From a virus (Duplodnaviria; Caudoviricetes): 53,037 bases of DNA. The notes beneath the pieces were generated by a model. It had not been told where the DNA came from, did no database searches, and saw only the letters and a list, made by a program, of their open reading frames with translations. The stretch spans positions 1-53,037 of IMG/VR virus record IMGVR_UViG_3300011338_000290. One strand, 5' to 3'. Made by a program: the position numbers and the translations under genes. Every line of letters starts with the position of its first letter. Within the stretch, counting starts at the first letter, position 1. Below, piece by piece: positions 46,577-53,037 of this stretch.

Positions 46577-48112
46577 TTATACGTTGTAGTACCCTTTGTG
46601 CTTACGTGATCTAAACGCCATTGGCTCGTCTTCATAATCAGATTCCAATGATACAAAGCCACCACGCCTGAATCTTAACAGGGCTTGTGACATGCTGTCT
46701 ACTAAGTCATCATGCTCTCCACTAGGAAAAGATGCAACTTCTTCTATAAGTTCTTCCGCCCAGTGTGTTTGAGGAACCCAGACTTTTCCAGAAGCAAATA
46801 TGTCTGCTACCGCATTTAGACGAGCAATCTTGTCATTGCCCTTGCTGGGGGTGAACTCTTGGACAGGAATACCCATTGCCCTAAGCTCAAATATTAAGGG
46901 AGACCCTGCCGCCTTGGCTTCGACAATCATAGCGTCTGGTTCCCACTCTTTATATTCTTCATAAGCCTTTTGTTTTAATTCTGGAAACTCCATACGGCGT
47001 TTAAATGCATTTAATAGGATGATATTAGCGCCAGGAACCCCTACCGCATTGTCCCGATAGAACACACCCCACGTTGTACAGGCTGAATAGTCTGCCCTTT
47101 CTGACTTTAAGAACGCCGTATCCCACGACTGGATGACAAATTCACAGCTAGGAGGGCTATCTTGGTCCCAAATCTGCCACCATTCCCGTTTGACGATTGC
47201 CGAGACGTCAGAAGTAGGTGCTTGCATGTACTGAGCCTGCCATTTACCCGCTGGAAGCTCATTTTTGAGGGCTAAAAGCTCTGTTTGGCTCCAAAATTCA
47301 GGCCAAAGTGGCTGTCCATCGTCAAAAATAGCTGGAAACTCAATAAGTTTCCATCCCTCGCCCTCTCTTTGAGCATCTGCTTTGATAACTTGACCCGTTA
47401 AGTCCTTCTTAGACCACCGGGTCATCACAATAATGATCGCCCCACCCGGTTGCAGACGCTGTCTTGGACCCGATGTGTACCATTCGTAGGTCTTATCGTA
47501 GATTTCTGGGTTAGTTTCGGCTATTGTGGCTTCTTGTTCTGAATGCGGGTCGTCAATAATGAGTATATCTGCGCCCTTACCAGTGACCGCTCCACCAACA
47601 CCGATTGCAAAGTAATCTCCACCCTTATTAGTTGCCCAACGGCCTGCGGCTTTGCTATCTGCTTGGAGCCCAACTCCCGGAAATATTGACTTGTATATGT
47701 CTGAGTCGACCAAATTACGGACTTTGCGTCCGAAGCCCACAGCAAGCTCAGCGGTATGGGAGGTTTGAATAACTTTCTTCTGAGGAAATTTGCCCAGAAA
47801 CCAAGCAGGAAGGAGGTAACTAGCAAATTCAGATTTTGTATGCCTAGGGGGCATATTGATAATAAGTCTCTTACACGTTCCATTTGCTACCTCCTCAAAT
47901 GCGGCTGCCATATCCTTGTGGTGGCGACCTTCTATGAACACAGGCCAGACCTTCTTTACAAACGACATGAAGCGAATCTGCGCCAACTCTTTGTTTTGAA
48001 GCTTTTCTAATAACTCTAAGTCCTCTGCGAGCTTTAGCTGCTCCGCTTCAGACAACATAGGAAGAATCTTGGGTATATCTTTAAGGGATATGGTATCGAG
48101 GAGGCTACTCAT
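46577..48112 (-). CDS. terL: Terminase large subunit
   Basis: NMPPRHTKS Walker A, IIDDP Walker B, SWDTA and HDDLVDS nuclease motifs. Confidence 0.95.
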   Translation of the reverse strand: MSSLLDTISLKDIPKILPMLSEAEQLKLAEDLELLEKLQNKELAQIRFMSFVKKVWPVFIEGRHHKDMAAAFEEVANGTCKRLIINMPPRHTKSEFASYLLPAWFLGKFPQKKVIQTSHTAELAVGFGRKVRNLVDSDIYKSIFPGVGLQADSKAAGRWATNKGGDYFAIGVGGAVTGKGADILIIDDPHSEQEATIAETNPEIYDKTYEWYTSGPRQRLQPGGAIIIVMTRWSKKDLTGQVIKADAQREGEGWKLIEFPAIFDDGQPLWPEFWSQTELLALKNELPAGKWQAQYMQAPTSDVSAIVKREWWQIWDQDSPPSCEFVIQSWDTAFLKSERADYSACTTWGVFYRDNAVGVPGANIILLNAFKRRMEFPELKQKAYEEYKEWEPDAMIVEAKAAGSPLIFELRAMGIPVQEFTPSKGNDKIARLNAVADIFASGKVWVPQTHWAEELIEEVASFPSGEHDDLVDSMSQALLRFRRGGFVSLESDYEDEPMAFRSRKHKGYYNV

Positions 48113-48131
48113 ATTTATTTTTAATTAGCCC

Positions 48132-48755
48132 TCACTTTTTGCCTTCAGGCTCGTCTACCGTCGCTTCTGCGTTTACCTCTACTGGAGTACCCATATCTAC
48201 CACACCCAGGACGTCGTCTAAGGTATCTGCGCTCATAGTGTTCTCTGGGGTTATATCTCTAGCATTCAGTAGGCGCTTGACCCGCTCCTTAATAGCGTCT
48301 TCTAGATCGGATGAGTTTTTGTAGGTCACGGTCACTTCGGAACGCTCTGTAAATAAGGCTATATCGGAGTGCTTACCTAGGAGCTCTAATGCTTTGAGTT
48401 CAAACCGGGGGTCCCCACAGTTCGCTAGCTCTAGTAGCTTATTGGTAAGCGCCGCACGAACGTCGCTCATCTCGGCGGCTATACGCCCGCTATATACACG
48501 CAAAAATTCTCGTGCAGCAAATGCAACGGGTGGGGACGCTAGAGCGCCTTTGTTCTGAGTCTTTACGGCTTTATCTAAAAGACCTGCCGTTTTTACTGCG
48601 TCTTCTTGGGTGATCTCAGGTGGCGGACCTAGCTGGTCTAGGAGATCTTGGGTGTTAGCAACGACTGCGAGTTCTTCCGCAAAAGACGACGTCTCTACAT
48701 CCGCCGTGTCGTACGGAGGAGGAATGTCCTTGGTAGGCTCAATATTAATTGTCAT
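48132..48755 (-). CDS. terS: Terminase small subunit (putative)
   Basis: Directly upstream of terL; LKALELLGK motif; start set at MTINIEP. Confidence 0.7.
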   Translation of the reverse strand: MTINIEPTKDIPPPYDTADVETSSFAEELAVVANTQDLLDQLGPPPEITQEDAVKTAGLLDKAVKTQNKGALASPPVAFAAREFLRVYSGRIAAEMSDVRAALTNKLLELANCGDPRFELKALELLGKHSDIALFTERSEVTVTYKNSSDLEDAIKERVKRLLNARDITPENTMSADTLDDVLGVVDMGTPVEVNAEATVDEPEGKK

Positions 48756-48795
48756 TGCAGGGCGTAATACAAATAAATGCGCTCCAGTTTCCCGC

Positions 48796-48825
48796 AATAT
48801 AACACAACAAAAATAAAAGGAGCAA
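48796..48825 (-). promoter_or_regulatory. Putative late-operon promoter
   Basis: TTGCTC-18-TATATT with TGTGT before the -10, as in the early promoters. Confidence 0.5.
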
Positions 48826-48916
48826 TAGGTGGGGTACTTGCGGGCCTAGATATGTGAAGCCAAATCCGCTTTCCCCCGTGCTCACGTGAAGAGCAAGAAA
48901 ATTATATTTGAAAAAT

Positions 48917-48934
48917 ATACCCCCCGGGGGGTAT
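48917..48934. repeat. Perfect 18-bp palindrome
   Basis: ATACCCCCCGGGGGGTAT. Confidence 0.9.
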
Positions 48935-48965
48935 TGAAATAAAAAAGGTAAGGGGGGTGTTTCTG

Positions 48966-48981
48966 TGTTCCACGTGGAACA
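48966..48981. promoter_or_regulatory. parS: Chromosomal-type parS site
   Basis: TGTTCCACGTGGAACA, perfect 16-bp palindrome matching the bacterial ParB-binding consensus. Confidence 0.8.
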
Positions 48982-49202
48982 AAACTTGTGGATATTTAAG
49001 TAGGGGGAGGGGGGTTAAGCTACGGTAGACGTATGAGAACGGGGAAAGTGAGGGTGAAATTTTAAAGTTGTGTATCTCTTGTGCAAATTAGTGAGTATAG
49101 GTGGACTAACAATCCTTTTTTTAATTTTGGGGTGGTGGGGTCGCATGGCTCGCCACGTCCTAACATTGTTAGGGGTAGGGGGTATTTATAGTTTCCATAG
49201 AG

Positions 49203-49232
49203 TTGAAAATGTAACACAAAATGCTGTATAAT
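49203..49232 (+). promoter_or_regulatory. Early sigma70 promoter
   Basis: TTGAAA-18-TATAAT. Confidence 0.7.
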
Positions 49233-49240
49233 AAACTCAA

Positions 49241-49360
49241 GCAAGCGAAATCTTGCGAGGGCTTCAAGGGTTGAACTAGGTGGGGATCGAATCCCACGTG
49301 ACTTGCGAAGTGACCGCTTTGACCTAGGGGGTGACAGCCCTAGCGAGTGCGAAGTCAGCC
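49241..49360 (+). ncRNA. Candidate structured leader/small RNA
   Basis: Five consecutive short hairpins between the promoter and the first early ORF. Confidence 0.45.
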
Positions 49361-49397
49361 AGTAGTTTTCTTTTAACTTTCTTTCTAAGGAATAATC

Positions 49398-49925
49398 ATG
49401 GATCAAGTATTTGATGTTGCTGATTTAATTACTGCTATCGAGCAAGCCCGTGTTAATGTTGCTGAGGGTTTGCGTGGCGCTTATGGCGCTAAGGTTGCAT
49501 ATGCTGGTTTGCTCAATCAAAAATGGGCAAGTTTTGACTGGTTTGAACTTAATCACAATGATTCAAGTGATGAGGGCAAAGCAGTAAGGAAAGAGAAAGA
49601 GGCTTTTTACGAAGTCTTAAAGGGTGAGCAACACTCAAACCCCCACAAGATTTGGGGTGACATTCGTAAATACGCTAAGACCGATCGCTATGGCAAGCCA
49701 GTAGTTGATGGCGAGCAAGGCGAGGGTGGCGAGGGTGGCGAGCAAGGCAGTGACAACGCCAAGCATAATCGTTCACCCCAGTTGCGTAACCTTGAGGAAC
49801 TTACCGCATTATTCAAGTTCAATCGTCGCCAAGATTCATTGAGTGACGAACTCAAGCAATGCCAAGCATATATCGCCAAGGCATTGGAATCGTTAGGTGT
49901 CAATGTAACAATGATTGGCGACTAA
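49398..49925 (+). CDS. Early protein of unknown function, paralog A
   Basis: AAGGA RBS; clear paralog of 51243-51758. Confidence 0.85.
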   Translation: MDQVFDVADLITAIEQARVNVAEGLRGAYGAKVAYAGLLNQKWASFDWFELNHNDSSDEGKAVRKEKEAFYEVLKGEQHSNPHKIWGDIRKYAKTDRYGKPVVDGEQGEGGEGGEQGSDNAKHNRSPQLRNLEELTALFKFNRRQDSLSDELKQCQAYIAKALESLGVNVTMIGD

Positions 49926-49986
49926 CATTGTTAGGGGGGTGCAGTTTGCCCCCCTCTTTCTTTCTCTTACTTTAATAGGTGCAATT

Positions 49987-50199
49987 ATGATTAAGCCAAT
50001 ATTTACCCATGACTGTGATACCTGTAAATTTTTAGGTCATGTTTTAACAGTAAATGGTAATGCTGATGTTTACTACTCATGTGACTCAAGAGAAAATTAT
50101 CGTAACCTGATTTTTAGGTATAGCGATGAACCCGCAGATTACAGTCATGTCGGAACTGAACGAACTAAGTATTTATTTGATTTTGAATTTTGTTTATAA
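49987..50199 (+). CDS. Small early protein
   Basis: AGGT RBS; HDCDTCKFLG and RYSDEPADY motifs. Confidence 0.7.
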   Translation: MIKPIFTHDCDTCKFLGHVLTVNGNADVYYSCDSRENYRNLIFRYSDEPADYSHVGTERTKYLFDFEFCL

Positions 50200-50224
50200 G
50201 CCACCCATGCGGTGGCTTTTTTTT
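50198..50224 (+). terminator. Rho-independent terminator
   Basis: AAGCCACC-CATGC-GGTGGCTT then T-tract. Confidence 0.88.
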
Positions 50225-50404
50225 GCCCTTGCCCTAACAATGTTAGGGCTTTTTTGTTTCCATCATTTTCCAAAAATGATAGTTCTTAGAAGGGTGGTAG
50301 TCCTAACCCGATTTTTTCCAAGTTTTACCTCGTTGGAAATGATAGTTCTTAGAAGAGTGGTAGCCCATAAGGCAGTCCTAACAATGTTAGGCTTCTTGCA
50401 AAAC

Positions 50405-50780
50405 TTTTCTTATAATAGAAGCCTTTGAAATCAAGGACTTGCGTGTATTATAAGAAAACCAAAAACAAAATCTTACAATATAAAAGTCTTTGTAATCAAG
50501 GACTTGCAGGGGTTTTTGGGGGTATTATAAGAAAACTGAGAAAATTGAGTGAGCAGGGTCTCGAACGAGGTCTTCACGCAGTGCATTTCTTACATTAGCA
50601 AAGGCAAATCCTCTGGGGGTATATAATTTTTTTTATTTTCTTATTTTCTTATATTATCTATTTTTCTCCTCTCCAAGCCTTATACCTATTCACTTTTATA
50701 TTATAAGAAATATCGTAAGAAAAACCTCCACTTTTCTTATATTACCCCCATTTTTCTTATTTTGATTTCTTATATTAAGT
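50405..50780. other. AT-rich block with IHF-consensus sites and TTTCTTAT repeats (origin- or packaging-like)
   Basis: AATCAAGGACTTG at 50429-50441 and 50494-50506; about ten TTTCTTA(T)/(A)TAAGAAA copies in both orientations. Confidence 0.55.
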
Positions 50781-50791
50781 TTCCACGCACC

Positions 50792-50820
50792 TTGAATATT
50801 CTCTTATTTTGTGTTATAAT
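50792..50820 (+). promoter_or_regulatory. Early sigma70 promoter
   Basis: TTGAAT-17-TATAAT with extended -10 TG. Confidence 0.85.
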
Positions 50821-50850
50821 GTAATCTCAATACAACGAAAGGAATATAAA

Positions 50851-51048
50851 ATGCAAATGACAGACAAAATAAAAAAAGTAATCGAGTGGGGTTTTCAGTA
50901 TGACTCTGAGAAAAATGTGTTCTTCCGTTTTGCACCTGAAAATTATGTCGAAGTGTGGAGGGACGATATTTCTTCTGATTGGATTGTGTTTTATTTAGAT
51001 GGACAACCAACGCATGATTACTTCATCAAATGGGAGTTGTTTGCCTAA
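50851..51048 (+). CDS. Small early protein
   Basis: AAAGGA RBS; start set at MQMTDK, downstream of the promoter. Confidence 0.7.
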   Translation: MQMTDKIKKVIEWGFQYDSEKNVFFRFAPENYVEVWRDDISSDWIVFYLDGQPTHDYFIKWELFA

Positions 51049-51109
51049 ATGGGGAGAGCCTAACAATGTTAGGTTCATTCCTAGAAATTAAAAAATCTAG
51101 ACAGAATAC

Positions 51110-51138
51110 TTGATTTATCCCTTATTTTGTGTTATACT
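51110..51138 (+). promoter_or_regulatory. Early sigma70 promoter
   Basis: TTGATT-17-TATACT with extended -10 TG; shares CTTATTTTGTGTTATA with the 50792 promoter. Confidence 0.85.
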
Positions 51139-51242
51139 ATACTCATAGTAAAAAATAAGAAATGCAGTTGCAGTAGGAGTCAGTTAGGTTCTCCAACCAA
51201 CCTAACAATGTTAGGCAGTATCCAAAACAAGGAGTATTAAAC

Positions 51243-51758
51243 ATGGAATTTATCGCTAATCAAGATGTAGAAGTAATCGTATCCCAAAAGCGTCAAGGTG
51301 CAATTGACGCACAGGCTAGCACTTATGGTGCTAATGTGGAATACGCAGGGGCATTGAACTTGAAGTTCGAGTTCGATTGGTTCGAGTTGCAACACAACGA
51401 CAGTTCGGACGAAGGCAAGGCAGTCCGCAAAGAAAAGACCTTGTTCTTTGAAGGCTTGAAAGAAATCGGGCATTCCAACCCGTCCAAAGTTTGGAAAGAT
51501 GTGCGAGATTACGGCAGAGAAAACCGCTACGGCAAACCCGTTGTGCCTACCGCAGAAGGTGCAGATGGTGAGTCCGAGTCCGAAGGGGACGCAAAGCATA
51601 ATCGTTCCCCTGAGTTGCGGAACATGGAGGAGTTGCTAGCCCTCTATAAGTTCAACCGCAGACAGGAGTCCCTCTCCCCCAAGATCACCAAGGTGCAACA
51701 AAAGATTGGTGAAGCCTTGCAAGAGATGGGAGTTGATCTCCATATGATCGCAGACTAA
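51243..51758 (+). CDS. Early protein of unknown function, paralog B
   Basis: AAGGAG RBS; clear paralog of 49398-49925. Confidence 0.85.
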   Translation: MEFIANQDVEVIVSQKRQGAIDAQASTYGANVEYAGALNLKFEFDWFELQHNDSSDEGKAVRKEKTLFFEGLKEIGHSNPSKVWKDVRDYGRENRYGKPVVPTAEGADGESESEGDAKHNRSPELRNMEELLALYKFNRRQESLSPKITKVQQKIGEALQEMGVDLHMIAD

Positions 51759-51776
51759 TTCTGCCCAACCCCAACC

Positions 51777-51800
51777 AACCCTGCTACGGCAGGGTTTTTT
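51777..51800 (+). terminator. Rho-independent terminator
   Basis: AACCCTGC-TACG-GCAGGGTT then T-tract. Confidence 0.9.
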
Positions 51801-51941
51801 ATTTGCCCACGACCTAACAATGTTAGGTCAGACTTTTTGTCATTCGGCTCTCGCCGAAATGACAGTTCCGAGAAGGGTGGTAGCCCATGGGGAATTCCCT
51901 AAAAGTGCGTGGGAACGAGGGTTCAATTCTAGCCAAAAAAC

Positions 51942-51970
51942 TTGATCTGGTCAGTAATTTGTGTTATAAT
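51942..51970 (+). promoter_or_regulatory. Early sigma70 promoter
   Basis: TTGATC-17-TATAAT with extended -10 TG. Confidence 0.85.
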
Positions 51971-52055
51971 ATAAGATATATATGAGAATAAAGATTCGCC
52001 CTCATTTTATTTTTTGCAACCCCCTAACAATGTTAGGTCTAACAAGGAGAAGTGT

Positions 52056-52151
52056 ATGAAGTTTATGGATAGCGACATCTTTGCAGTTGCTTTAATTGTG
52101 TTCACAGTTTTGTTTGTGTTGGTTCATGTCATTTTGTATATAACTAAATAG
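52056..52151 (+). CDS. 31-aa single-pass membrane peptide (absent from ORF track)
   Basis: AAGGAG RBS; MKFMDSDIFAVALIVFTVLFVLVHVILYITK. Confidence 0.65.
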   Translation: MKFMDSDIFAVALIVFTVLFVLVHVILYITK

Positions 52152-52160
52152 GAGGTAGTC

Positions 52161-52313
52161 ATGCGTGTAATCGTTATTTTTGAATATAAGGGTATCCCTG
52201 CTGATGGTGAGCAGGCAGATCAAATTGTTGAGGTTGTCGGCAAGGCTTGCGAATCCATGGGTAATGAAGTGGGTGCAGGTGCTTGTTTTGTTGAAGATGT
52301 TGAGTGGGACTAA
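52161..52313 (+). CDS. 50-aa acidic early protein (absent from ORF track)
   Basis: GGAGGT RBS; MRVIVIFEYKG...VEDVEWD. Confidence 0.7.
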   Translation: MRVIVIFEYKGIPADGEQADQIVEVVGKACESMGNEVGAGACFVEDVEWD

Positions 52314-52328
52314 ACAGGAGACCTAACA

Positions 52329-52532
52329 ATGTTATATGGCTTTGATTGTGAATGTGGCTTGGAGATACCGATTGGCAGACTTGACCTAGGGTATACGACA
52401 TGCCTAAAGTGTGGCGACATTGAGGCAAAGCGTGTAAAGCATATTGTGCAAATCCCATATTCCAAGGGTGCGTATCAATATATCCACAACCCACAAGACT
52501 TATGTTTTACCAACCCAAAGAGGACAACATGA
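52329..52532 (+). CDS. Small zinc-finger early protein
   Basis: CECG...CLKCG; AGGAG RBS. Confidence 0.75.
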   Translation: MLYGFDCECGLEIPIGRLDLGYTTCLKCGDIEAKRVKHIVQIPYSKGAYQYIHNPQDLCFTNPKRTT

Positions 52533-52738
52533 CCGAAGAAGAGATTGCGTTGATACGAGGTATCGAGCAGGTAGATGTAAGCCTTACCGATATTGCGATA
52601 ACCAAAGGGCATGCCTATGCACAGGGATACAACACTTACATAGGGAAAATTGAAGATCGAGAAGGCTATATGTATCTTAAGCAAGGCTACACAGACGGCT
52701 TTCTTGCAGGGTTCGCACACAGAATGGGGGGTGGATAA
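52529..52738 (+). CDS. Small early protein
   Basis: GAGGA RBS, ATGA overlap; YxQGY repeated twice. Confidence 0.65.
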   Translation: MTEEEIALIRGIEQVDVSLTDIAITKGHAYAQGYNTYIGKIEDREGYMYLKQGYTDGFLAGFAHRMGGG

Positions 52739-52921
52739 ATGGCGACGCATTACAAGGGACATAGGATTGCTGAGTTGTTGGAGGATATTGATAGGCTCAG
52801 TAAGGAGTTGGAAGAGAACCGAGATTCTCTTGAAAACGAGGTGCAAGCGATTAGGGCTATTGAAGCAGAAACATTGCTCGCTATCGCCAAGGCTAAATTA
52901 ACCGCATTACAAGGAGAGTGA
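52739..52921 (+). CDS. Small coiled-coil early protein
   Basis: Abuts previous stop codon; heptad pattern. Confidence 0.65.
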   Translation: MATHYKGHRIAELLEDIDRLSKELEENRDSLENEVQAIRAIEAETLLAIAKAKLTALQGE

Positions 52922-52922
52922 T

Positions 52923-53037
52923 ATGACTAGATGGCATGGAGTGCCCGAAGGGGTGAAGTGGGAAAAAGGCAGTTCGATTGAGGATATTACGCTAGACGCA
53001 CAAGACGAGTTTTATGTGTTCGACGAAGAGAATGGCA
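52923..53037 (+). CDS. Early protein, 3'-truncated by window edge
   Basis: AGGAG RBS; open frame MTRWHGVPEG... to the window end. Confidence 0.6.
   Translation, partial: MTRWHGVPEGVKWEKGSSIEDITLDAQDEFYVFDEENG

Larger units (their letters stand above)
50274..51886 (+). repeat. 30-bp repeat AAATGAYAGTTCYKAGAAGRGTGGTAGYCC, three copies
   Basis: 50274-50303, 50337-50366, 51857-51886. Confidence 0.92.
49159..52336. repeat. Dispersed 15-bp palindrome CCTAACAWTGTTAGG, nine copies
   Basis: Starts at 49159, 49921 (1 mismatch), 50233, 50377, 51059, 51201, 51813, 52023, 52322 (2 mismatches). Confidence 0.95.

Noticed and set aside
48878-48895. Second parS site
   Set aside because: Only the TCACGTGAA core matches; the outer TGT/ACA arms are out of register
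49240-49320. tRNA gene
   Set aside because: Only a T-arm-like hairpin; no acceptor stem, D-arm, anticodon arm or CCA can be built
49062-49406. 114-aa minus-strand ORF, and the 100-aa ORF at 50126-50428
   Set aside because: They run through promoters, terminators and repeats; the repeated LTMLG peptide is just the translated palindrome
49159-52336. CRISPR array or mini-array made of the palindromic repeats
   Set aside because: Repeats are only 15 bp, with highly irregular spacing that spans whole genes; the Cas4-like gene is a normal phage exonuclease and no other cas genes are present
1-53037. Prophage status or stop-codon reassignment
   Set aside because: No integrase, att site or host genes are visible; genes are intact and densely packed in the standard code

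Overview
The window is most of a lytic-looking tailed-phage genome (Caudoviricetes, podovirus-like), with ORFs cut off at both edges. A freshwater betaproteobacterial host is plausible but is inference only. It has three blocks. (1) 1-7.9 kb, + strand, DNA metabolism: Cas4-like exonuclease, HNH, SNF2 helicase, putative ssDNA-binding protein, Cro-like HTH and an AEP/DUF927-type primase-helicase. (2) 8.0-48.8 kb, - strand, late operon: TerS, TerL, portal, GroES, scaffold, Mu-gpT-like major capsid, small Lys-rich proteins, adaptors, many tail-fibre/receptor-binding genes with an inserted HNH, a lysis cassette, a nozzle, a GNAT and three ejection/internal proteins, one of 2115 aa. (3) 48.8-53 kb, a control region plus early genes. 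No integrase, DNA polymerase, RNA polymerase, tRNA or CRISPR array is visible. The most unusual signals are non-coding: a perfect chromosomal-type parS next to a DnaA-box-like 9-mer with no parAB; nine copies of the palindrome CCTAACAWTGTTAGG; a three-copy hairpin plus conserved 30-mer element; two paralogous early genes; an IHF/iteron-like AT-rich block; a promoter-and-terminator-bounded small RNA complementary to phage translation starts; and a double-pseudoknot element after the capsid gene. Many virion proteins also share a [FYM]-[AK]-x-G-G motif. All product calls come from motif recognition and gene order, not database searches.
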